Shown in pieces: positions 39,006 to 50,820 of a stretch of DNA of 64,000 nucleotides. Both the position numbers and the translations under genes were made by a program. Every line of letters begins with the position of its first letter. The first letter of the stretch is position 1. The DNA is from Octopus sinensis (lineage: Eukaryota), in the NCBI RefSeq assembly GCF_006345805.1, contig NC_043008.1, positions 28,954,001 to 29,018,000 of the forward strand, given 5' to 3'. The notes beneath the pieces were generated by a model. That model did not search any database and was not told the origin of the DNA. It saw nothing but the letters and a program-made list of their open reading frames with translations.

Positions 39006-39494
39006 GTGGAAAATAGAGTAGTAAGCGGCTGCAGGTCTCGGAACGAATATAGTGACAGGAACGCAGTTCTAATTTCAGAAACTAATCCTAGCAGATTAAG
39101 ATTTACGTCGGCGAACTCCAAGATCAAAAACGCCGTCTACCAATGCAAGGTTTACACGGACTCAGATGTCTTCACTTATGTAGGGGCATCATCCTCAAGA
39201 TTGTCTTTGCGTGTCTCCAATCATTACGCAACTTTTCGGGACGTGAACAAGCGCCAGACCACGGGACTCAGTAAGCTAATATGGCGACTGAAGGATACGA
39301 ACTTAAGCTACAGGCTGGAATGGTCAATTTTGTCGGCGGCCCTCCCATTTGATAGGGGCAGAAGACAGTGTAACCTTTGTGTCTCCGAACTCTTCCATAT
39401 TTTGTTTGCCAGAGGCCGGATGGTAAACGGGCTCTTACAGTCGGCTTTTCGATGCCCCCATTGGCGGCGTTACACTTATCTGGCTTTTAAATAG
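39006..39494 (+). CDS. GIY-YIG endonuclease domain of PLE C (open frame, 5'-truncated element)
   Basis: AVYQCK...TYVGASS...RVSNHYATF...LSKLIWRLK...CNLC...CPHW; homologous to 2365-2754. Confidence 0.8.
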   Translation: MENRVVSGCRSRNEYSDRNAVLISETNPSRLRFTSANSKIKNAVYQCKVYTDSDVFTYVGASSSRLSLRVSNHYATFRDVNKRQTTGLSKLIWRLKDTNLSYRLEWSILSAALPFDRGRRQCNLCVSELFHILFARGRMVNGLLQSAFRCPHWRRYTYLAFK

Positions 39495-40089
39495 CGTTTA
39501 TAAATAATACCGGCACCCATAGCCCTTGGTAACAAATTCTGAAATAGCCTTTAGATATCTACGATTATCCACTGCAAGGGGAATTACTCCTGTAAGACAA
39601 ACGGGGCTTGGTTTTTCACAGCGGGGGGTTTCCTTGACAAGGCAGGCTCAGATGAACACACACACACATAAAACATAATATATATATATATATTTTTCTT
39701 TCTGCCACCCAACGGTTATCACGGCAGTAGCCACTGACAGCCGAACGATCAAACGCACACACGTACACAAAAAGTGTTTTCTACCCCTACGCCAACACAC
39801 ACATATATAGAACAGTATACACACACACACGTCTCTAAGTAGATTTTTTCTCGCCCCTTATAAAACATCCAATATTCCTTAAATAGTCAGAACTTTATTC
39901 TCGGTCACTAAGAACATCTATACACCCTCACCCACATGATTGACCGATGCCTGACCTGTAGAATTCTTCAGCCACCGGTTCTCAGCATACACTGATAAAC
40001 AGTTTCGCCATGGGCTCTTAGGAGCATAGTTCGATTTGGTTTTTGCTCCGCCTCTGTTCTGTTTTTGTTTCTCTAACGGATTTCCTTTT

Positions 40090-40174
40090 TTCTTCCTGAA
40101 GAGAAAGACACAATATGGTCCCATTATTCAATCGGATTTTGGTAATTGTGCCTTTCGAAACACGTGTAGAATGA
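40090..40174 (+). ncRNA. Type I hammerhead, PLE C right arm
   Basis: TTCTTC-CTGAAGA-GAAAGACACAAT...ATTGTGCCTTTC-GAAAC-ACGT-GTA|GAATGA; palindromic ACACGTGT; predicted cleavage after A40168. Confidence 0.85.
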
Positions 40175-40382
40175 AATAAAACGATTTCTGTTCAATCTGC
40201 GTTCAGCTCCATTTCCTCAATTCACCAATAATGTTTTAATTTCAATTATCCGCACCAACGCACGGTTGCAACGCCAGATGTTGTACCTCCAACCGTGCTG
40301 TTTACTGCTGTGATTTTTGCTACTAAGGTATCGGTTAACTTTTGATTAATCTACAACAAGATTATTCATCTTCCTATTTCAC

Positions 40383-40417
<35 letters not shown>

Positions 40418-40794
40418 TGTTGTGTCGGGGGAGGGTTATTTTCTTTATATATATATGCTAGTCCCCCCCCCCCCAAAAAAAACAAAAAAAACTATGAACA
40501 AACCCTAATTACAACGTGAGCTAGTGGTACATGCAAAATATTAGCAGACGCTCAGGAAAGGAAAGAGAGTTAACAAATGATTCACGTGCAGCTACATTTT
40601 GAAATAACCGGAAGGGAATCGGTGAAGAAAAAGTTATTTCTAAGACAGGAGAATGAAAGTGAAGGAGGGATGTGTGTCTATGTGTAGGTATGTGCGTACA
40701 AGCTAGACTCTTAGTGTGAGTTTAATATCATGCCTGTGTGTGTTGTGTAGGTGGTGGTTGTGTGAAGTTGTCCGTTTATATATGTATGTATAAA

Positions 40795-41012
40795 GCGGCG
40801 AGTTGGCAGAAACGTTAGCACGCCAGGCAAAATGCGTAGCCGTATTTCGTCTGTCGTTACGTTCCAAGTTCAAATTCCGCCGAGGTCGACTTTACCTTTC
40901 ATCCTTTCGGGGTCGATAAATTAAGTACCAGTAACACACTGGGGTCGATGTAATCGACTTATTCCCTTTGTCTGTCCTTGTTTGTCCCCTCTGTGTTTAG
41001 CCCCTTGTGGGT
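40795..41012 (+). mobile_element. tRNA-derived SINE of a second family
   Basis: GGCGAGTTGGCAGAAACGTTAGCA A-box region, GTTCAAATTCC B-box, and central CCTTTCATCCTTTCGGGGTCGATAAATTAAGTACCAG resembling conserved SINE core domains. Confidence 0.75.
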
Positions 41013-41119
41013 AGTAAAGAAATATATATATGTATGAGTGAACTTTCTGCCTGTTAGTGCTGTAGGAAGAATTCAGCAGCTTGGTAACAGGTGTGGTGTT
41101 ACTTCGCGTAGTTGTACGT

Positions 41120-41810
41120 GGAGCTAACTGTGTGCTCCTGCGTGCGTCTGCATGCGAGTGCGTGCGTGTATGTGCGTGTATGTATGCTGGTGCATGTGTA
41201 ATTGTGTGCGTGAATGCATGTGTTGTGTGTGTGTATGGCATGTGTGCATTCATGTGCGTGTGCGTACGTGTGTCTGTGTGTATATGCACGTGTACGCGCG
41301 TGTGTAGCGGTGTGTACGTGGGGTTATGTGTGCGGTGCGCGTGTATATGTGTTAGGTATGTGTGCATTCATGTGCGATTGTGTGTGCGTGTGTACGTGCG
41401 CAGATGTGTGTATGCGTGTGTTTGTATGTGTACGTGTGTGTGCTCATGTATGTGTGTGTTGTGTATGTGAATGTATGCGCATGTTGCGTGTGTCGTGTGT
41501 GGGAGGTATATGTGAATTCATGTTTGTACGTGTGTGTATATGTGCGCGTGTGTATGTATCTGTGTGTATGTGTGCGTGTGTGTGTGTGTGTGTGCGTGGA
41601 GTTGTGAGTGTAGAGGTATATGTGCGTTTCTGTGCGCGTGCGTGCATATGCGCGTGTATGCGCGTGTGTGCGTGTGTATGTGAATGTGTGTGTGTATACG
41701 TGTGCATGTATGTGTCATGTGTAGTGTGTTGTGAGTGTGGAACGTATATGTGCGTTCATGAGTGTGCGTGTGCGTGTATTTGTGCATGTGTGTGTATATG
41801 TGTGCATGTA
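41120..41810. repeat. Long degenerate (TG/CG/TA) dinucleotide tract; similar at about 43105-43400 and 37140-37640
   Basis: Direct inspection; source of the many VCVC/THTH pseudo-ORFs. Confidence 0.9.
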
Positions 41811-42390
41811 TACAGAAATAAAATAAAACATAAAATAAAATAGATAAAAAAGGAAAAAATAAGGGTAGGGTACAATATGTAAAAATTTTAAAAAGTGTAT
41901 AAAAATACAAAAATTACGGATACAAGATAGAAAAAGAAAAATAGAATAAATTAAAGGGATAAAAAAGAAATTAATACTGTTATAAAAAAATTAAAATTCG
42001 ACACAAAATAACATTAAAAATTGCAAAACGATAACAGTATGAGAAAGTAATTCGGTATAAAAGAGGATAGAAAAAGAGAAGAAAAGAAAGTAAAAAAAAG
42101 TTGCTTTTTTTTCAGGAGGGTGTAGAAACAGTCGTTAAGAGGAGGGTGTTGTGTTGAGTGGGAAAGGAATATGTGTTTGTTGATTGAAAATGTATCGCTC
42201 CTCAAGGCGGAGGTGCGAGTGTGGTCCGTGGTACGGGGCGAGGCCAAAAATGGAGATCTTAGATGTAGAGTGGTTGGGCAAGTGCTAATGACTGGCGACG
42301 GGTATGTTTGTGCGTGCCCGAACATCTCGTAGGTGTTCTAAAATCAACTTCAGCTGATTGTGAAAAGTGTGAGTAAGAGAAAAGCACGTT

Positions 42391-42423
<33 letters not shown>

Positions 42424-42426
42424 CTG

Positions 42427-42476
<50 letters not shown>

Positions 42477-43467
42477 CGGAGATGTACTTGCATAGCAAGT
42501 GATTTGATCTGAGATCGTGTGCTGGAACGAAAACAATTGCAGCGTGGAAGGTGTTTCTAAGCCATTTAAGAAACACACAAAAGCCGTTCGATTCACTTCA
42601 ACATTTAAGTTTAATTTGTCAAAATATTTTCTTCGCTATAAGACCGTGACCTGTTCACTGACAAAAATCCGTGCGGCATCTGAGAAAGTAACAGTTAGTT
42701 CGTCATATATATGTACGTATGTATGTGTGTATGTATGTATACACGCATGTATGCATGCATGCATGCATGTATGTATGTATGTACGTACGTACGCCTGTGT
42801 GTATGTACGTATGTATGTATATATGTATGTATGTGTGTGTATATGCACGCACATACACACTATAAACTTAAAATTATAAACCTGTAGTGATGGATAGATG
42901 TAGACTGACCATTCATCACAACAATATCAAATTTCAACCTCCCCCTGCCGAAACTAGGAAGTGATTTACGACCCTCACCCCCAAAACAAAACTCTAAAAC
43001 CTATTATCAGACATTTATCTCTATATCACAAAACTTTTGTTTTACTATTACTTATCTTTTTTTTTCTCCCTTATATCTAGTTAGTTCAGGTTAAATATAT
43101 ATACGTATGTATGTGTGTATGTCTGTATGTGTGTATGTATGTAAGTATGTGTGTGTGCACGTACGTACGCATGCACGTATTTATGTATACGCGCACGTAT
43201 GCATGTGCCTATGTATGTGTGTGCGTACATGTACGTGCGTATGTACGAGTGTGTGTGTATGTAGGTATGTATGTATGTTTGTACTTATGTGCTACGTATG
43301 TATGTGAGTATCTAGGAGAATGGGCAGACGCGTCTGTGTGTGTGTGTACATGTGTTTGTGCATGTGAACGCATGTCCGTGTACTGGTATGTGTCCGTCCA
43401 AGTTGTGTACATGACTGTTAATTTGTTGAAGGTTGTATATATTCACACATATATGTTTGTATAGACG

Positions 43468-43514
<47 letters not shown>

Positions 43515-44049
43515 TGTGGGGGGGGTGTTTGTTCCTCTCATCATCGTCTAACTATGAATGGATACAACGTTCAGGTGCAACTGTGCACATATAACCATAT
43601 GCATATACGCAAGTACACCCATTTATGTAGACACACTCATAAATATACATATAATCTTAAATTATATACTCATATATTCTTATCCACTTCTATATACATA
43701 TGACCTATAACACACATACACACACACCCACGCACACACACGCGCACACACACACATACATACAAAATACGACACAGTATACAAGGACAACGGTTAAAAA
43801 TCGAACATGGATTATATTAACCTATGGGCTCTATTTTTTTATATATACGCATAAATGCACACATATACAATATATACATACATCCATACATGCTCATATG
43901 TGCACGCATGTGCATTTTTTTATAGCACCACACACGCACATACGTATCAAACAACGTACGTTCATACGGTTATATATAACTGCACATAAGTGTCTTAGCA
44001 CCACGCATTGCAACATGTATGTAAGGATTACATGTAAACGAGAGAGAGA

Positions 44050-45720
44050 GGGGTGGTTGTAGAATGGTCCTCCCGAATGGGAACTGGATGTTATTCCATT
44101 CGGATTTTCGGTTGAGAGTAGGTCTGTATTCTTGTATACAAACAGCTTCTGTGACCTGCCTCAACATTGCATCGGTGGGATGTGCTGATAGGATGTTTAA
44201 CTTAAGTTTCCCTAAGAATCCCTTGTGGCAGTCTACAGCATGTTGGCAGAAGATGGAGTTTGGCTTCCTTTCAATGTAGTTTTCCATGTGTTCTTTGAAT
44301 TGATCCTTAATACTCCTAGAAGTCTCAGCTATGCATGACTCTGGGTTAGTCGCGCAAGCTCCTTCTTGGTACTCAATTTGGTATACAGTGCCCTTAGTTT
44401 TGCAGGTTACATGTGGGTTTGTCGAACATACTGCACAATTACTTTGACGGGTGATTCTATCAAATGGATATGATCTGCATAATGCCGATTTGATAGTCCT
44501 ACCTGTCTTTTCTACAATTTTGATTTTAAGGCCAGTAGTGCGTAGGATGTTCTTGAATGCCTTACTTTGCTCGTTCTTAGTTGTGGCGTCAACGAACATT
44601 ACTCCGTGAAATTTCCTGTTATCATACCAAGTATCGTCTCTCATCCTTTTGTTGGTGTCCATCTCTAAACTATTCCAGAACTTGTTGCGGTATAGGGGGC
44701 ATATACCGTTTTCGTCATCCCTTAGAATGCGTTCGAATCTTGCTTTCGCTCTCTTGTACACTCTGACTCTATCGTCTTGTGTGTCTCCGGAGCGTTGCAT
44801 TCGGAATATGTAGTGCTGGATGTGTTGTTGTCGTTCTTTTGGTTGGCATAGTGGTGATACATTCCACATTACTCGAATTAAGTCTGCCACTAGGATGTTG
44901 AGTTTGGCAGTATTCGACATAGCTGAGTTACTAGGGATTACTAGTGGATTAGCCATCTGTTTCTGATAGTGTGAATGGAGTATACAGGGTTTAATGGTTC
45001 CATTAACCATAGCATCTTCTATCCATAGCTCAATATCTAGGACGGGTAATCGTTTACTGGGGTGTTTAGAGGGGTAGTCTATGGTAACTTTTATACTGCT
45101 GTGGATAGAGTCAGCTATGTGTTGTAATAGATGTCATCACTTGTTCTTCACTTGGTAGATGGCTCATAACTGTGTCTGTATTATAACATTTCACGACAAG
45201 GTCAATGTCGTCGTCGTAACGAGAGTACATAGGCAAGTGGATGTTACGGTTTGCTAGGCAGTTTAAAATGTTTGTCCCACCATACCATGAAGAGGTTTGC
45301 AACGTCACCGACGATCCCTACTCCATTAGCACCGCCTTTCGTCTGCTTATACAGTTTGTTGACAAACTTAAAAATATGTGTTTTAAGTGTAATTCTCAGG
45401 CTGACACCGATAGAATGTGCGATGGTGGTTCTAATGTCGTGTGCACTTGAAGGTGGGTAGTCCGGCTTCGTCCATCCCTGCCAGGGTTCACTGTGAGTCT
45501 TCCTGTATGCTGAGGTAATGGTAGGTGGTCTACCTCGTTTGTTACGAGTGGGACACGAATACAGAAGGTTATTGCGCGATAGCTATTCATTGGTACACGT
45601 CAGGGCCAGGAAGAACCCTAGTTCATATACATCCACATTCTTAAATATCATACTACTCTCACTAACTATTTCTATACATTTATCGACAGCAAAGTCTACA
45701 TCGATGGAGGGGCATATATT
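44050..45720 (-). mobile_element. PLE remnant G (RT core, thumb and GIY-YIG)
   Basis: PSIDVDFA, RGRPPTIT, YSRYDDDI, RMQRSG, KIVEKTG, CKTKGTVYQI...CIAETSRS...EH...H...RQVTEAVCI...LNRKSEW. Confidence 0.85.
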
Positions 45721-45743
45721 TATACATATATATGTATGTGTGT

Positions 45744-45797
<54 letters not shown>

Positions 45798-45889
45798 TCA
45801 CCATCGGCAAACCAGTATTATATTTATATTCATGAATATCCTTATATAAGTAAAATCTATGTCTGAAGTTGATTGATTGATTGATTCTA

Positions 45890-48830
45890 GTTTCAGCTTA
45901 TGAGCTGTGGCCATGCTGGGGCACCGCCATTTGGTGTTGCTACTTGGTTTCACTTCATGGAGGCTTTCTAGCAACTGCTATTTGGTGCATGAGAGAGTTC
46001 GATGCAGCTGCCCTCATCTGCCCCTCCTGCCGTGAAGTTGGTTCATCTGGGACACCTGACAGGAAGAGATCCAGCTTCATTTTAAAGACATCTGTATCCA
46101 CCCCATGCAGGTCTCTCAGGTTCTTCGGGAGGATATGAAGAGCTGTGGGCCTCGGAAGCCCAGGCTATCACAGAATCTTGTCCTACATCTTGATGGCAGG
46201 TTTGGAGTCCTAGGCACCACGCAGTGGCGCCCAGTTCTGGCATTTGCGTAACTCTCGATGCCAAAGTTCAGGACACTTCCCTCCAGGATCTTCCAGATGT
46301 ATATTATGGCATATCTTTCCCGCCTACGCTCCAGAGAATATAATTTTAATCTCTTGAGTCTTTCCCAGTAGCTTACATTCTGCATAGAGGCTATCTTCTT
46401 TGTGTAGCTTCGTTGGATCGCCTCAAGTTCTGTGATCAACTTGACACTGGATGGTGACCATAGCTGAGAGCAATAGTCAAAGTGGCTTAGGACAAGTGTC
46501 TTCCAGAGGACCATCATGGTTTTTTGTTCTCTTGTTCTAAAGGTTCTAAGAATCCATCCAGCCAGCCGTCTACATTTCATTGTCAGTTTAGCAACATGTA
46601 CATGAAAGGTCGCGTCATCACTCATGTGAATACCCAGGTCACGCACTGATTGTGCCTCTGGGATTGCAATCCTCCGGGTCCAGTGTATTTATTGGGTATT
46701 GCATTCAGTTTTGCATGCTGATAGTATAAAGCTTGAAACTTTCCAGCATTGAACTGCATGCTATTCTTTTCAGCCCACTTGTATATTTCGTCCAGCTCAC
46801 ATTGCAGGTGTTTAGTGTCCTCAGGGTTCTGTATTGCCTGTGAAACTTTTGTATCATCTGCATAACTTGTGATCGGGCTCTCTGCGTGGCTGAGGGCATG
46901 TCTGAGAGGGACATTATGAACAGTAGTGGTCCCAGAACAGTGCCCTGCGGAACACCGCTCACTATTGTGTGTTAATGGAGGTGGCCCCATTGGCTACTAC
47001 CACCTGACTTCTATCCTTCAGAAAGTCATGAAGCCATTCTCCCAGTTTTCCAACTATGTTGAGATCACGCAGTTTGTGACATATCATTCCATGATCGACT
47101 TTATCAAAGGCCTTTGCAAAGTCGAGATATATCACTTCCACATTAGAGTGGTTGAGCAGCCGTTTCAGCACCCAGTCATATGTTGTAGGAGCTGAGTTAA
47201 ACAGCTTCTCCCTGTCGGAAACCATGTTGGGTGTCGGGCAGCAAGTCATTCTCTTCAAGGAAGGTGATCAGCTTCCTTCTGACTATTCGTTCCATGACCT
47301 TGCTGATGTGTGAGGTCAGAGAGATAGGTCTATAGTTCTTGGCTTCCGCTCTGCTACCTCCTTTATGAATGGGGCATATTTTACCTTCCTTCAGTTTTCC
47401 TGGAAGTTTGCCAGCTGCAAGGAAGCTCTGAAAGAGGAACTGCAGTGGTCTTGCTAGGACTCTCTTACATGCTTTTAGGAGGATTGCCGGGAATCCATCG
47501 GGGCCAGTAGCTGAGTCTGTTTTCATTTCATCTATAGCCTTGGTTACATCGTCTTCCTTTATATCGATGTAATCTATCGTCGCCGCCTCTGATTTTATAT
47601 CTGCAGTGGTAAAAAAGTCAGTTGGATTGGTGATTTGGAGATGCCCAAGGGGTGGAGTGAAAACACTCTGAATTGCTCATTCAGTATTTCACTACCCTCA
47701 TTGGTTTTCCTGTAAGTGTGCCATCCTTTTCGAGGAGTGGCCCATTTCTACAGTGCACTGTAGCTGTTTCTTTGGCATACCTGTAGAAAGCTCTGGGGTT
47801 AGATTTTATGTTTTCTATAGCCCAGGCTTCTTTGTCTGCTCTTTCTTTCATGGGAGAGTTGCAGACATTTTTCGATTTCCAACAGTTTTATTTTTAGGCG
47901 GGACTTTTCACTGCTTTCAATCTGTTTGTTTAGGCGATTTGAAAATTTCGTACGCCGTCTCATTGAAATTTTCCTCTCTCTGGGGATTTTGTTCTTGTGT
48001 ACAGTGGCCTTTCTCTCTGGACACATTTGTAGCATATGGCTTGCATTACAGACATGAATTGTTGAAGTTTCACGTCGATGTCTGGCGAGGGGAGACATTT
48101 AGGCCAGTTTTGTTTGAGGATCTCTTTCTCAATTTGTTTCCAGTTTGCCTTATGGTAGTTCAAGCTGGAAAGATTTTGAGGGTTTCTTGTAGGCTGCATG
48201 TCCGTGCTCTCTTTTGGCCCGTACATGGTCGCTCTATCATGTTGTGATCCGAGAGTAGTGTCGGTGTCACTTTCACATTATGGATGAGATCCATGTCATT
48301 TGTGAAGCAGAGATCCAGTGTGTTACCTGCCCTGGTTGGTTGGAGTATTACCTGCTCCATGTACAGGGGTTTGATGAGGTTCAGGAGGGACCTCGCCTGT
48401 CCTCGTTCACATCTTGTCATTCCTGGGAGAGAAAGGCCTCGGGCCATCTGACATTGGGCAGATTGAAGTCTCCCATAAGAAGCACACCATGTTGTTGCTC
48501 TAATGTGGTTAGAATTTCTTCTATTTTTATAAGGCAGTCTTCAAACTTGCCCACATGGTTGGGGCATCTGGAGGGCGATATGTAGCACACACAACTACAT
48601 CAAGTTGCCTAATATGTACAATTAGTGTGTCACACACCGAGTTTGAGTATGACAAGAGGACCTGGGGTGTGAGGTCCTCACGGATGTACATAGCAACACC
48701 TCCATGACTCCTTTCTTTCCTGTCGGTCCGTAGTACAGCATACTGTGGTATGTGTAACTCCGCATCTGCTATGTCCGGTTTCAGGTGCGTTTCTGTAAGT
48801 AGTGACAAAAGAAATAAATTTTGGTAGAAG
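45890..48830 (-). mobile_element. CR1/L2-group LINE H (APE endonuclease plus RT, 5'-truncated, disrupted)
   Basis: LTETHL, RTDR...HGGVAMY, YRPP, GDFN, PTRAGNTLDL, ATGPDGFP, NYRPISLTS, YLDFAKAFDKV, SGVPQGTVLGP, YADD, LERRRERY; (ATCA)n tail. Confidence 0.92.
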
Positions 48831-49189
48831 AGCTGAGAGACTTCAACAAATATAGTTTTCCCAGTACACAATAAGGTTGCTTTATTAAGATGATGTATAA
48901 TTGTTGTTTCTAGCGTTTGAAAATCAATGAACTTTTTAAAATGGTTGTTTGACTTTATGATAAATATATGTAAATGTCTTTCGATTACAATCATTATTAA
49001 TTTACCATACATTCATTAAGCTTTCCCCACAAATAAGAAGCCATAAAGATTCTCTTAAAGATAAGGGATGCCATGCAATATGTGAAATCTAACACATATG
49101 TATGTTCGCGCGAGTGCTTGCTGACATGTTTGCATATAGTATGCACATTCGAACACACGCGCACAATTACACACAACTCATATTCATAT

Positions 49190-49205
49190 ATGTATGTTGT
49201 GTGTG

Positions 49206-49267
<62 letters not shown>

Positions 49268-49384
49268 ATATATACACATACATATACACATTTACATATA
49301 CATATACATATATGCATATACATATACATATATATATTGTATATATATACATATACATATATATATATGTATTATATATACATG

Positions 49385-49423
<39 letters not shown>

Positions 49424-49463
49424 TACATATAATATACATATATACATACATACATACATACAT

Positions 49464-49515
<52 letters not shown>

Positions 49516-49535
49516 ATGATATATATATATATACA
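49190..49535. repeat. Compound (TA)n/(TACA)n microsatellite; other long (TA)n at 148-190, 1435-1495, 4672-4796, 11690-11855, 13160-13320, 20865-20970 and 59385-59470
   Basis: Direct inspection. Confidence 0.95.
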
Positions 49536-50785
49536 AGTAGGCTCACTTAAAAGATTGATGATCGCTTTGTAGTTTCAATTAATAAATTAGCCAGTCCCGA
49601 AATCTTCTTTACTTCTTCATCTAATGATTATTTGTAACAAAATGGCAACAACAGAAAATTAATCATTACATGTACGATGTTATTTCCCTTTCAAAATGCA
49701 GCTGATATATCAGTGATTTAAATGAAGGAGAATAGACCATGAAAAGAAAGGTTTATTCCGCAAAATATCAAATACCTGTCTATATTAATAACCTGCTTAT
49801 ACATCAAGATCAGACAAAGAAACATCAACGCCATGGAACGCGGCAAAGGTGAGCAAAAACCTGCAACGTTGATATATATGATAGAAGTAGCATATTTAAA
49901 ATTATGTTGGTCTTTGGGGTTACAAAACATTGCTAATATTTTAAACAATCCAAAATGACAAGCAAGTGAAATTGTAATATTTTTGTATTACTTCACAGGC
50001 ACAGAACAGTCTAGCGAGGAATATAATGTATAGCATAACGGTAACAATTAAATATACAGTAGCAAGTTTAATCTCATAAATTCATAAAAGGGCCAATATA
50101 TTCAAGTATATTACCAATATTCGTATGCAGTACAAAAAGTACACTGTACTTATTTTTTATAGTTGTAATTTAATTCTAAACACTTACACCATAATGATAT
50201 TATACTAATTGGAATATTTTTACACATACACAAAAATATGCAACGCTATAAAGATTGCAGCACCTGTTCTATACTGAAATGCCTTTAAACTTCTCTTCTA
50301 TCAAATAAAAAAAGAATTAAACTTCAGTCCAAAATTAGTAAATACTTGTAAACATAACATATTAAAAGTAAATTATAATATTATCCATCGTTTAATTTAA
50401 ATTACATTCTTGTTTTGCAACAGCAGCTACTGATAATAAACACTCTCACTGCTATCATCCAAATGCCTCACTATTACAAAACTTTACATTCACCACATAT
50501 ATGCACTCCTGATATCAAGCTGTTCTACGTAGCGATTATGCACATCACTGTATGTGGGAGTACATCTATACATATATGCGTGTTTATGAATTAATAGGAA
50601 TATATTAATACATAACATTATGCACATACGTACACATCTAAATACTATGCTTTTAATTTGTGTATGCGTTAAAATATCGACATATATGTCGATATTTGTG
50701 AGCATTCCACATACTTTTTGTCAGTATCTCCACACACGTTTCTCTTTTTATATACATAAAGGTATGTATAATATAGTTTTAATGT

Positions 50786-50819
<34 letters not shown>

Positions 50820-50820
<1 letters not shown>

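Larger units (their letters stand above)
37751..40385. mobile_element. PLE C fold-back insertion: about 1.19-kb near-perfect inverted arms (37751-38940 and 39042-40233), 101-bp spacer, about 150-bp tail on the right, flanked by (TA)n
   Basis: Arms match apart from a few substitutions and indels; intact GIY-YIG ORF 39006-39494; hammerheads in both arms. Confidence 0.92.

Noticed and set aside
42605-42685. Hammerhead-like three-way topology on minus (TTTGTCA...GAAAATATTT-TGACAAA)
   Set aside because: Core reads GTGAACA rather than CUGANGA and there is no valid NUH.
49718-49948. 76-aa hydrophobic ORF or possible exon
   Set aside because: No recognisable homology; plausible splice signals on both strands, so uninformative.
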